Positions 38,828 through 48,738 of a stretch of 64,000 nucleotides of DNA are shown piece after piece. The stretch is from Planctomycetota bacterium (GTDB lineage: Bacteria > Planctomycetota > JAJSAM01 > JAJVHW01): the NCBI GenBank assembly GCA_965248445.1, contig CBDFJG010000003.1, positions 896,001-960,000 on the forward strand. Reading direction: 5' to 3'. Position numbers and translations under genes: made by a program. The number at the start of each line of letters is the position of its first letter. Position 1 is the stretch's first letter. The notes beneath the pieces were generated by a model. It worked only from the letters and a program-made list of their open reading frames with translations, had not been told where the DNA came from and ran no database searches.

Positions 38828-39805
38828 TCACGGCCGCCGGACGCTGCGCCAGACCAGGGTCCGCTCGGCGCCCGCGACGTCACGCAGCCGGAAGGAGACG
38901 CTGCCCTCAGCGGTCAGGGCGCTCCGAACCAGGGAGGCCAGGTCGGCAGCCGAGCCTGGCGCCACGCCGTCCACCGCGAGGATGGTCTCCCCCTTGTGGA
39001 GCCCCCTGCCCGCAGCCACTGCGGTGCCCGCGCCGACCGCTCCGGCGATCTCGAGGCCGTCATCGCTGTCCGCGTTGACGTCGAGCGCGCCGAAAACGTC
39101 GTCGGCACCCCACCGGACCCACCAGCCGAGCTCCTCATCCGGGAGAAGCCAGACGTTCGGCTCCGGCTCGAATGCGCAGTAGACCAATTCGCCCCGCGCA
39201 CGGAAGCGCATGAGTGGCCCATCTGCGGGCAGAGCAACTGGCTCTCGCTCCACGAGTCCCTGCGCACTGACCAGCACCGGGACCTTCGGAACGTGCGAAC
39301 GGAGTTCGACGCGCTCGCGTCCGGCGCTCTCCATGTGGCGGAACACCGCGACGATCTCGCCCGACTCCGGGTCAAGAGCGATGCGCGTGATCTGCCACCC
39401 GTTCACGACACGACCGGGGCTCACCGTGTACGGAGTGCGTGCGTGCCGGATTCGCACCAGCGAACGGTGCGGATTGGAGTGGATGACGCCGGCCTCGACA
39501 CTCGTTGCCGCTGCGAACGCCTCGGAGGGGGTCGGTGGCCCCGGGCAGACGGGGATGTCCGGTGGCGCGGGCACGAACCCGTCGAGCGGGACGTTGAGCA
39601 GTTCCCGCACCCGGTCCATGTCCCATGCGACGCCCTCTGCGACAGGCCGCACGGTCCGCGCATCACCCGGCCAGGCCACGTGGAAGGGTTGCGCACGTGC
39701 TTCGTGTGCGTCGAGGAACGTCGTCGCCGTCCACGCCACGACGACGACGCTGATCGCATTGACCGCCCACGCAAGTGTTCGCAGTTGATGCAGCCGCACA
39801 CGCAC
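38828..39805 (-). CDS. Paralogue of the adjacent GspC/PDZ-like protein
   Basis: Colinear similarity (QL.TL.W..N, ARAQ..WPG, WW.RWG, GRGL.KG). Confidence 0.65.
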   Translation of the reverse strand: MRVRLHQLRTLAWAVNAISVVVVAWTATTFLDAHEARAQPFHVAWPGDARTVRPVAEGVAWDMDRVRELLNVPLDGFVPAPPDIPVCPGPPTPSEAFAAATSVEAGVIHSNPHRSLVRIRHARTPYTVSPGRVVNGWQITRIALDPESGEIVAVFRHMESAGRERVELRSHVPKVPVLVSAQGLVEREPVALPADGPLMRFRARGELVYCAFEPEPNVWLLPDEELGWWVRWGADDVFGALDVNADSDDGLEIAGAVGAGTAVAAGRGLHKGETILAVDGVAPGSAADLASLVRSALTAEGSVSFRLRDVAGAERTLVWRSVRRP

Positions 39806-40057
39806 CTCCGCCGCCGTTACGCAGCAGGAAGTTGGACGCGCGAAGCAAGTCGAACTTGCTGCACCGTTCGCGGGCGGGGCAGCGCCCCGCCCCTACAGCG
39901 AGCTCACGGCCGAGCCGCGAACCGCGAGGGCGCGGGGGTTGCGGAGCAAGCGCCGTGACCGCAACCCTCCGTAGCGTCCGGAGGACGCGGAGGAGGGAGA
40001 CAAACTGACCAGGAGCGGGACGAGGATCGCCTCGCGATCCGAAGTGCCGCGACGCAG

Positions 40058-41167
40058 TCAGTAGGTGGGCTGCCCGTAGCCCACCGTCTGGCGGGAGCCG
40101 CGGGAGATGCCGCGCAGCGAGAGCTTCAGCTCGCCCGGGTTGTCCGACGAGTTCATGGCGTCCTCGAGCGAGATGTCGCCGGCGCGGATCATCGCGAGCA
40201 GCGACTGGTTGAAGGTCATCGACCCGAAGTGCTGGTTGCCTTCGTAGATCGCCTTCGAGATCTCGCGAGTGCGCCCCTCGGCGAGCAATTCGCGCACGGT
40301 CGGGGTACCGAGCATGATCTCGATCGCGGGCACGCGTCCGAACTGGCCGGAGCGGGCGATGAGGCGCTGGCTGATCACGCCCTCGAGCAGCATCGAGAGC
40401 TGCATGCGGATGAGGCCGTGGTGGTGCGGCGGAAAGAACGCAAGGATGCGCTCGACGGTCTGCACGGCGTTGACCGTGTGGAGCGTCGAGAACACGAGGT
40501 GACCGGTCTCCGCCGCCATCAGAGTCGCCTCGACCGTCGCCTTGTCTCGCATCTCACCGACCATGATCACGTCCGGCGACTGGCGCACGACGTGCTTGAG
40601 CGCCGCCTCGAACGAGAGCGTGTCGACGCCGACCTCGCGCTGGTTGATCGTAGACTTGATGTCGGGGAACAGGAACTCGACCGGGTCTTCCAGCGTGACG
40701 ATGTGGCGCTCGTCGTTGTTGTTGATCCAGTCGATCATCGAGGCCAGAGTGGTCGACTTGCCGCTGCCGGCGGTGCCTGTGACGAGGATCAGTCCGCGAC
40801 GCAGTGAGCAGAGGTTGTGCAACTGCTCTTCAGGAAGATTGAGTTCGCTCATCTTGGGGATGACGGACTTCACGTGGCGGAACACGAACGAGAGGCGCCC
40901 GCGCTGACGGAACACGTTCACGCGGAAGCGGCCGACGTCGGCCACCTCGAACGCGGAGTCGGCCTCGCCGGTGCGGAAGAACCGCTCCTGCTGCGACTCG
41001 TCGAGAACGCGGTCGAACAGCTCCTGCGCGGACTTCTGTGGGAAGCCGGCGTCCGAGACGAAGCGCACGCGCCCGTCCATGCGGATCGACGGCTTGCCGC
41101 CGGTGCGCAGAATCAGGTCGGAACCACCGGCATCGACCAGGCACCGGAACAGATCTTCGACGCGCAT
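40058..41167 (-). CDS. pilT: Type IV pilus retraction ATPase PilT/PilU
   Basis: GTAGSGKSTT, EDPVE, QREVG.D, PDVIMVGEMRD, AETGHLVFSTLHT. Confidence 0.9.
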   Translation of the reverse strand: MRVEDLFRCLVDAGGSDLILRTGGKPSIRMDGRVRFVSDAGFPQKSAQELFDRVLDESQQERFFRTGEADSAFEVADVGRFRVNVFRQRGRLSFVFRHVKSVIPKMSELNLPEEQLHNLCSLRRGLILVTGTAGSGKSTTLASMIDWINNNDERHIVTLEDPVEFLFPDIKSTINQREVGVDTLSFEAALKHVVRQSPDVIMVGEMRDKATVEATLMAAETGHLVFSTLHTVNAVQTVERILAFFPPHHHGLIRMQLSMLLEGVISQRLIARSGQFGRVPAIEIMLGTPTVRELLAEGRTREISKAIYEGNQHFGSMTFNQSLLAMIRAGDISLEDAMNSSDNPGELKLSLRGISRGSRQTVGYGQPTY

Positions 41168-41209
41168 CGAACCCCCTCGGGCGGCGCACGCCCGGGGGGC
41201 GAACTCCGC

Positions 41210-42229
41210 TCAGAACTCCGCGTCTGGGTCCAGCAACGCAGCCACGCGCTTCACCAGGCGATCCAGGCCCAAGCCTGTCACCGCAGAGATCGGATACACC
41301 TGTGAATCGGGATTCGGAGCCAGGGAGTTGAGAGCTTCCTCCCAGCCCGTGAGGTCGCACTTGGAGAGCACGATCAGCTCGGGCTTCGAGGCCAGATCCG
41401 CCGAGTACGCCTCCAGCTCGCCCCGGACCGTCCGATAGGCGTCTCCGGGGGCCGGAGAGCCTCCCGTGGGGTCATGCGCCACGACGTGGACCAGGAGCCG
41501 CGTGCGCTCGACGTGCTTGAGGAAGCGATCTCCGAGGCCCTTGCCCTCGTGGGCGCCCGCGATCAAGCCGGGCAGGTCCGCGAACACGACTCGCGTCGCG
41601 GCATCCAGGTCCACCACCCCGAGATGCGGGTTCAGGGTGGTGAAGCGGTGGGCGCCCGCCTGTGTCCGCGAGCGGGACAGGGCCGCTAGGAGAGTCGATT
41701 TACCCGCGTTGGGAAGGCCGACGAGACCCACGTCCGCGATGAGCTTCATGGAAAGCCGAAGCCGCCGCGACTCGCCGTCCCGTCCGTCCTCGCACATGCG
41801 CGGCGTCTGTCGCGTGGCGCGGGCGAAACGGGCGTTGCCGCGGCCCCCACCGCCGCCCTTCGCCATGCGCACCTGGGCGTCGCGCTCCGTCAGGTCCTTC
41901 AGCAACACGTCGGTGTCCGCATCGCGCACCTCGGTGCCGACGGGGACGCGAACGATCAGATCTTGCGCGTTCTTCCCGTGCCTGTTGCGGCCGCGTCCTG
42001 GGGCGCCGTTCTTCGCGCGGAGCTTCTTACGGCCGCGGAACCCGGCGAATCCGTGGATGTCGTCTTTCGCAACCAGGATGACGTCGCCGCCCTGGCCGCC
42101 GTCCCCACCGGACGGACCGCCCTTCGGCACGTACTTCTCGCGGTGGAACGCGATGCAGCCGTCGCCGCCGCGACCCCCGAACACCTCGACGACGATCTCG
42201 TCGTAGGCAGCGGTCCTGTCGGCCGGCAT
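41210..42229 (-). CDS. obgE: GTPase ObgE/CgtA
   Basis: GG.GGDG Obg fold, GLPNAGKST, FTTL.P, DLPG. Confidence 0.95.
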   Translation of the reverse strand: MPADRTAAYDEIVVEVFGGRGGDGCIAFHREKYVPKGGPSGGDGGQGGDVILVAKDDIHGFAGFRGRKKLRAKNGAPGRGRNRHGKNAQDLIVRVPVGTEVRDADTDVLLKDLTERDAQVRMAKGGGGGRGNARFARATRQTPRMCEDGRDGESRRLRLSMKLIADVGLVGLPNAGKSTLLAALSRSRTQAGAHRFTTLNPHLGVVDLDAATRVVFADLPGLIAGAHEGKGLGDRFLKHVERTRLLVHVVAHDPTGGSPAPGDAYRTVRGELEAYSADLASKPELIVLSKCDLTGWEEALNSLAPNPDSQVYPISAVTGLGLDRLVKRVAALLDPDAEF

Positions 42230-42274
42230 GGCAATGCTCCGGGGCGCGAGGCGCCCGCAACCAGTAACCGAGCC

Positions 42275-42535
42275 CTAGGCCTCGGACGGCGCAGCGGCGG
42301 GGATCACGTTGACGCGGCGGCCGGTGCCGAACTCCACGATGCCCGCGACCGTCGAGAACAGTGTGTAGTCGCGCCCGAGCCGCGTGTTGCGGCCGGCGCG
42401 AAAGCGCGATCCGAGCTGGCGAACGATGATGCTGCCCGCCTTGACCGTTTGACCGCCGTACACCTTGATGCCGCGGTACTGCGGGTTGCTGCTACGGCCG
42501 TTCTTGGTGGAGCCCTGGCCCTTCTTGTGTGCCAT
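42275..42535 (-). CDS. rpmA: 50S ribosomal protein L27
   Basis: [14 protein letters not shown]. Confidence 0.97.
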   Translation of the reverse strand: MAHKKGQGSTKNGRSSNPQYRGIKVYGGQTVKAGSIIVRQLGSRFRAGRNTRLGRDYTLFSTVAGIVEFGTGRRVNVIPAAAPSEA

Positions 42536-42553
42536 GTCGTTCCTCCTCAGCCG

Positions 42554-42865
42554 CTAAGCGGTGATGTTCTCGATGACGGCCTCGGTGTAGCGCTGACGGT
42601 GACCCTGCTTGCGGTGGTGGTTCTTCCTGCGCTTGTAGCGGTACACGAGGATCTTCTTGTCCTTGCCGTGCGCCTTGACGCGCGCCGTGACCGACGCGCC
42701 GTCCACAGTCGGCGTTCCCACGCGCACGTCCGCACCGGCGCCGACGAGCACGACGTCGAGGGTGACCTCGGCGCCCGGCTCGAGGCCGTCGCGATAGGCG
42801 AGACGGACCGTCTGGCCCTTCTCGACACGCATCTGGTGGCATCCGTCTTTGACGATGGCGTACAT
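42554..42865 (-). CDS. rplU: 50S ribosomal protein L21
   Basis: MYAIV..G..Q..V; YKRRK..GHRQ.YT. Confidence 0.97.
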   Translation of the reverse strand: MYAIVKDGCHQMRVEKGQTVRLAYRDGLEPGAEVTLDVVLVGAGADVRVGTPTVDGASVTARVKAHGKDKKILVYRYKRRKNHHRKQGHRQRYTEAVIENITA

Positions 42866-42982
42866 GGTCGGCTCCTTCGCCTCGCAGGGCTCCCCATGTG
42901 TCCTGAGCGGGGGCGGCGACGCGAGCCCCGGAACTTACCGGCGCCCGGAGGGCTCCCGGCGTTTTTCCCGCCGGAGGCGCGC

Positions 42983-44464
42983 CTAGACAGCCCGAACGAC
43001 AAAGCGGTCGGGAGCCAGGTCCGGGTCCTCGACCACGTCGATCGTAGCGCGGTGCCTGCGCTCCAGCCGGACGAGCTCGTCCTCCCGACCCTCGAGGTCG
43101 TCGGCAACCGCCGGGGCGCACGCGATCTCCACGGTCGCCCCCCCCCGCTTGGCCAGCAGCGCGCCCGCATCGCGGAGGGCGGCCAACCCGGCAGCGGCCG
43201 GCTTGTGGACCCGGCCCGTGCCGCCGCAGGCGCCGCAAGGCGCCAATCCGGCACGCCCGGCACCGGCGCGGGCCCGGCGGCGGGTGATCTCCTGGACCAT
43301 GAACTCCGACATGCCGGCGATGCGCATCCGCGCGGGATCGCGGGCCAATTCGGTGCGCACGGCCTCTTCGACCCGGGCGCGGTTCGCCGGGTCCTTGCAG
43401 TCGATGAAGTCCACGATGATCAGACCGGCCAGATCGCGCAGCCGGATCTGACGCGCGACCTCGACCGCAGCGACCAGATCGGTGTCGACGGCCGTCTGCT
43501 CGAGGTTTCCCCCGTTCCGGCGGCGACCGGAGTTCACGTCGATGGCCCAGAGCGCCTCGGTCTGCTGGATCACCAGGGACGCACCGCCGGGCAGCGGGAC
43601 ACGGGGGGAACGAAGCCGCCGGACCTCCTGCTCGACGCCGTGAGCGTGGAACAGCGGCGCCTCGGCGTCGTGCACCTCGATGCTCGCTTCGGCCTCGGCG
43701 CTGAGCGCGTCACGGAGCAGATCCTCCGCCGCCGGGTCATCGACGATGACCTGGAGCGGGCCGCGCGACCCGTCCGGCGACCGAGCGCACAACTCGCGAA
43801 CGGCGCGCGCTGCGAAGTCATCGTCTGCGTGCACCAGCGCGGGTGCGGTCGCGAGTTCGACGGTGGACATCAAGCGATCGTGCGTCTTGCGCAACTCGGC
43901 GTACTCCGAAGCGAGTTCCCCCGCTTCAACGCCGACGGCGGCCGTGCGCGCGACGATGCCGACGTCACCGGGGCGCTCGAATCCATCGAGCACGGCACGC
44001 AGCCGCTCGCGCTCGCCATCGTCCTCGATCTTGCGGCTGACGGCGGTGCGGCCCAGCCGCGGGATCAACACGAGCGTTCTCCCGGGCAGGGAGACGTACG
44101 TCGAGATGGTGGCGCCCTTGTGCCCGATCGGATCGCGCGTTACCTGAACCACGACGTCGTCGCCGGCCTGTACGTAGTCCTGGATCGCGAGGTCGCCGTC
44201 ACGCACCGCGCCCTCGCCGGCGTCCTCGCTCCATGGGCGGCGAACGTCGGACGCGTGGAGGAACCCGGGCCGCTCCAGGCCGAGTTCCACGAACGCGGCA
44301 CCGATCGAGGGTTCGAGCCGCAGTACACGTCCCTTGTAGACGTTCCCTACGAAGGTGTGTTCCTCGCGCCGTTCGATCCATAGAAGCGAGAGCCGCCCGT
44401 CTTCCAAGAGGGCGGCCCGGCGCTCCTCGTCGTGGACGAGGTTGAGAAGAAGTGCTCGCGACAT
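42983..44464 (-). CDS. rng: Ribonuclease E/G family
   Basis: GNVYKGRV S1 domain, IDVNSG, RQIRLRDLAGLIIVDFID, CGACGGTG. Confidence 0.9.
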   Translation of the reverse strand: MSRALLLNLVHDEERRAALLEDGRLSLLWIERREEHTFVGNVYKGRVLRLEPSIGAAFVELGLERPGFLHASDVRRPWSEDAGEGAVRDGDLAIQDYVQAGDDVVVQVTRDPIGHKGATISTYVSLPGRTLVLIPRLGRTAVSRKIEDDGERERLRAVLDGFERPGDVGIVARTAAVGVEAGELASEYAELRKTHDRLMSTVELATAPALVHADDDFAARAVRELCARSPDGSRGPLQVIVDDPAAEDLLRDALSAEAEASIEVHDAEAPLFHAHGVEQEVRRLRSPRVPLPGGASLVIQQTEALWAIDVNSGRRRNGGNLEQTAVDTDLVAAVEVARQIRLRDLAGLIIVDFIDCKDPANRARVEEAVRTELARDPARMRIAGMSEFMVQEITRRRARAGAGRAGLAPCGACGGTGRVHKPAAAGLAALRDAGALLAKRGGATVEIACAPAVADDLEGREDELVRLERRHRATIDVVEDPDLAPDRFVVRAV

Positions 44465-44651
44465 GTGTGCTTCTCGCCGGACTCGGCGGGTCACCCGGAC
44501 GGGGGAGCGCGCATCGTACGGGAGGGTGTCCACCGATCTTCCGTCAAACGGCCCCGCGGCATCTCGGCAGACCCCGCGGCAAGTCGGCAGAATCGAAGAG
44601 GGGGTGCGCGCCGGAGCGCGCACCCCCTGGAGTCCTGCTGGACTCCTTCGA

Positions 44652-46522
44652 TTACCTGGGACCCGACAGGCCCGGACGGGCCGACGGGAGAGGTGCCGCG
44701 TCCTCCATGGCCGCGCGCTCGGCGCCGCCGTAGATCTCGAGGAGTTCGGCTTCGATGCGGTCCTGACGCTCGTTCATCTGATCCCGCACGATCGAACGCA
44801 TCTGCGAGGAGTCGCGGACGATTTCGGGTGTGACGAAGATGACGAGGTTGGTCCGCGTCTTAGAGGTCTTCTCGCCGCGGAACAGGTATCCCAAAACCGG
44901 GATGTCTCCCAGGAACGGAACCTTGCTCACCTCGAGCGACTCCTGGTCGCGGAGGAGTCCGCCGATGATGGCGGTCTCGCGGTTGTCGAGCTTCATGTTC
45001 GTGACGACAGTGCTGGACTGCTCGCGCGGGAGAGCGATTGACTGCTCGCCCGTCGTGCCGCCGGCACCCGTCCTGAACACGTCGAAGCCAGGCTGCTCGG
45101 CACTGGCGCCGACCAAGCTGCGCTCCTGCGGGATGATCGTCATCATGATCTGGTCCTTGTCGGGGATCACGTGGGGGATCATCAGCAACTGGAACCCGAC
45201 CTGAACGGGGCTGTTGTCAGCCTCGTCGATCGAGAACTCGAGTCCGCCCGACTGGTTCGACGTCGCGACGGTCCGCGCGAAGCGGATCGTCTCGCCGACG
45301 AAGATCGTCGCTTCCTGGTTGTCCAGGGCGATGAGCTTCGGTGCCTGCACGATGCGGCTCTTCGAGTCCATCTTGATGAGGTTCAGCGCCATCGTGGTCT
45401 TCGAGAAGTCGAGACTTCCGAAGGTGAAGGCGGACGCAGCACTCGTGAGCGGGTTGGGCCCGCCACGCTTGCCGGCGCCATCGCGGAAAGGCGTGAACCA
45501 GTCCTCGAAGCCACCGCGGCCGATGCTGAACGGCAGACGGCTGGCCATCGAACCGAGCGTCAGACCGGCCGAGAGGCCGGAGTCGCCGGGCGACACACCG
45601 ATGTCGAAGAAGTCCGTGTTGGACGTCGAGATGAACTTCAGGTCGATGAATACCTGAGCGGGCTCGAGGTCAACGCGTGCGATCAGCTTCTCGAGGTCGG
45701 CCAGAGCAGGCGCCGTGCCCGTAGCGATCAGGGAGTTGGTCTCCTTGATGTACTGGACGGAACCAGTTGTGCCCACCGCGGCGCGAAACGCCCTCAAGAG
45801 CTGAAACTCGTTCTCGATGTCCGCCATCTTGTCGCCGACGGCAGTGACTGCGTTGCGGCTGATCTGCGTATCGATGATCGGACGGTAAGGAGACGACGGA
45901 CGCACGAAGCGAAGGCGGAAGACCTGCGTCTCCAACTGCTCCTGGATGCTCGCGGGCGAGACGATCCGAAGGATGCCCCGGTCCTCGACCACCACCGTGT
46001 ACCCGAGCGTCTTCACGATCGAGTCGAGCGCAACACGCCACGGAATGTCGTGGAGCGTCACGGTCACGGTGCCCTCGACCTCGCGGCCGACGATGATGTT
46101 CGCGGCGCCGATGTCCGCGATGGCCTTGATGACCTCGCGCACGTCAGCGTTCGTGAACTCGAAGCCCACTCGCGGAGGGCGGTCGATGCGGATCAGGTTC
46201 GGGCTGCGCTCATCGATCTGGCAGCCGGCCCGTTCTGCAACGACATCCAACGCCTCGCGCCACGCAGGTTCTTGAGCTTGACCGTGACGGGCACGTCCTC
46301 AGCCTCTGCCGCCAGCACGAGGTTCACTTCTGTCTTCTCCTGAATGAAAGCCACTACGTCCTTAAGGGGACGCTCGACCACATCCAGAGAGACGTCTGCG
46401 GGACCCTTGCCGCGACGCAGATAGTTGCCCATCTCCTGGGCGTTCGCGACGGTGACCGTCAGCGACAGCCCGAGGCCGGCACATACTGCTGCGAGGGTCG
46501 CGTTTTTTGCGAAGCGCCTCAT
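44652..46522 (-). CDS. pilQ: Secretin (PilQ/GspD family); one base missing at about 46264
   Basis: Signal peptide, two STN-like modules, QVFID.K, APKL..LDNQEA.I.VG, KVPFLGDIPVLGYLF. Confidence 0.85.
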
Positions 46523-46583
46523 GGTGTTTCCTCCTGGGGAGTTCTCGTCCAAGCGCCCCGCGTGATGCGGGACGCGTCCATCC

Positions 46584-48074
46584 CTATTTCGCTTTCAGGA
46601 AATCTACGATCTCGAAACCGTCGAACTCGTAGATCACCCTGTCCTTGCGTATCTCGATGACGCGACAGCGGTTCTCCGGGTCGACGTAGTCGCCCTCTTT
46701 CCGCGTGCGTCCGTTCACGATCAACCGCGATCCCTTCGGAAGGATGATCGCGCCGGTGTACGTGAGGCGAAGCTGCTCGAAGTCGAGCATCACCTGCGCG
46801 TTCTGGCGCAGGTCCCTCATCTCCTCGACGAGCGGCGCGGCGTCGTCCGCCAGCTCCATGCCCGCCACGAGCGACTCGAAGTCGCGGTACGTCGACGTGA
46901 CCGCCTCGTAGTTGCGGTCGTCGAGTCCTTCGTTCATCTTCTCTCTGAACTGCTCGACCGTCTTGCGGGTGATGAACTTCGGCGCGTCGTCGTCGGTCTC
47001 GCGCCCCGCCTTGATGACGAAGAACGGTTCGACGACGTCGTCGGTGAAGATCGCCTTGAGCTCCGGGATCGTGATCGCGGGCTCGGCCTCGCGGATCTCC
47101 ACGTCGAGGCGTGCAATCTTCGCGTCGATCATCTGCTTGATCTGCGAGTACTGCACGTAGCGGCGCTCCTCGAGGTAGACGGCCTCTTGGCGCACGTCCT
47201 CCTTGAGCAGCTCGACTTCGAGTCGCAGGCGGTTCACCAGCGCCTTCTGGTCGTCGAACTTGTCGGTCGACGTGTCGTCGACGACCTCCTGCTTGCTGCG
47301 GCGGGGGTCGATCAGCGGGTCGCGGCGGTTGATCCGCGCCTTCAGGTCGTACGTGTCGATCTGCGCCGCCTTCTTCTGGCGGATGAGGCGCTGGATGACG
47401 TCAGTGCCTGCGCGCTTGTCGTACTCCGAGATCGCGACGGGCTTCGCGAGCCCCGCGTTCTGCGTGTACATGTACGTGACGAACTCCATCGAGACCCGGT
47501 GGCGCGCCTTGGCGTCGCGGCCGGCTCCGGTCACGGGCCCCGCGGAGATCGAGAACCCGCGCGTGTTGACCAGGCGGTCGACACTCTCGAACAGGTTGAT
47601 GAACTTCAGGATCTCGTCGTACGAGCCCGTCGCCTCGATCTTGATGGGGATGTTCGCGATGGCCTGGCCACCGTGGTTGGTGTTCAGGTCGGAGATCCGC
47701 GAGAGAGCCGCGCCCGAGATCCGCTCGAACTCACCGATGGAGTTCGTCAGCTCGTGGATGTACGTCTCGTTCGGGAGGATCTTCGAGTCGCGCTCGAGGA
47801 TCTCGCGGTAGACGATGACGTCCTGCTCGCGCTTGGGGATCAGGTCCGCCTGTGCGCGGGCGCCGTCGATCAGCCCCTGAAGGTCCTGGATCTTGCGGCG
47901 CTCGCCCCACAGCTCGGGGTCCATGATCTCCTGCGCTCCCGGGTTGTGGTCGCCCAGCTCGGCAGCGTAGATCTTCTGCCAGTCCATGTACGTCAGGGCG
48001 GCGAACCCGCCGATGACCACGGCGAAGCCGCCGATCGTCATCAGGAGCATCTGCTTCTCGCTGAACCTACTCAC
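46584..48074 (-). CDS. PilO-like protein with a long C-terminal extension (PilP-like end)
   Basis: TM, coiled coil, LP.E, GSYDEILKFIN.FE...RLVN PilO motif; RRDPL; located between pilN and pilQ. Confidence 0.75.
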   Translation of the reverse strand: MSRFSEKQMLLMTIGGFAVVIGGFAALTYMDWQKIYAAELGDHNPGAQEIMDPELWGERRKIQDLQGLIDGARAQADLIPKREQDVIVYREILERDSKILPNETYIHELTNSIGEFERISGAALSRISDLNTNHGGQAIANIPIKIEATGSYDEILKFINLFESVDRLVNTRGFSISAGPVTGAGRDAKARHRVSMEFVTYMYTQNAGLAKPVAISEYDKRAGTDVIQRLIRQKKAAQIDTYDLKARINRRDPLIDPRRSKQEVVDDTSTDKFDDQKALVNRLRLEVELLKEDVRQEAVYLEERRYVQYSQIKQMIDAKIARLDVEIREAEPAITIPELKAIFTDDVVEPFFVIKAGRETDDDAPKFITRKTVEQFREKMNEGLDDRNYEAVTSTYRDFESLVAGMELADDAAPLVEEMRDLRQNAQVMLDFEQLRLTYTGAIILPKGSRLIVNGRTRKEGDYVDPENRCRVIEIRKDRVIYEFDGFEIVDFLKAK

Positions 48075-48100
48075 GGTTCCGTCCTCCGTCCGAGCACCAG

Positions 48101-48730
48101 CTACTGCTGGTGCTTCCACCCCGGGGTCTTCAGATCGAGCCGCCACGAGAACTTCCACGCGACGTCGGGTACGCGTTCGTCACGGAACCCGGTCTTCTCG
48201 CCACCGGGCGGCGAGATCGACTGGAAGTCCTGGAAGAACTCGCTCTCCTGGAGCTGCTTGTGGAAGTCCGACTGGCGCTTGATCTCCTCGCCGCCGGAGT
48301 ACCCGTCGAAGACGAGCGCTCCGCCCGACGCTGGGCTCTGTGAGCCCTCGGTGCGCAGAGACGTGATCCACACGAGGTGCTTCGAAGCGTCGCCCTTGTT
48401 GTGGAACTGGTCTGCCAACTCGTCGAGCTTCTTGCTCCACAGCACACGCTGCCGGCCGATCCCTTCGATCGTCTCCCGGCGGCGCTGGTACTCCTGGAAC
48501 TCAGCCAGAAGCGCCTGAGAGCGCTCGGCCTGCTTGGTCAGGTTGTCGAGATGCTTCTCCATCTCGATACGGCGGTTCTGGACCTCGTCCAGCATGCCGA
48601 AGTGCACATAGCCCCAAGTGCCGAGCATCGTGGCCGTCAGGAAGACGCCTGCGATGACCGTCAGGAAGCGCGCGATCGGCGTCCCGTCGGACTTGCGGTA
48701 TTCGGGGGGCAGAAGGTTGACGCGAAGCAT
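48101..48730 (-). CDS. pilN: Type IV pilus assembly protein PilN
   Basis: RVNLLP motif, TM, coiled coil, WS..LDEL, VWITSL. Confidence 0.88.
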   Translation of the reverse strand: MLRVNLLPPEYRKSDGTPIARFLTVIAGVFLTATMLGTWGYVHFGMLDEVQNRRIEMEKHLDNLTKQAERSQALLAEFQEYQRRRETIEGIGRQRVLWSKKLDELADQFHNKGDASKHLVWITSLRTEGSQSPASGGALVFDGYSGGEEIKRQSDFHKQLQESEFFQDFQSISPPGGEKTGFRDERVPDVAWKFSWRLDLKTPGWKHQQ

Positions 48731-48738
48731 CGATCTAG

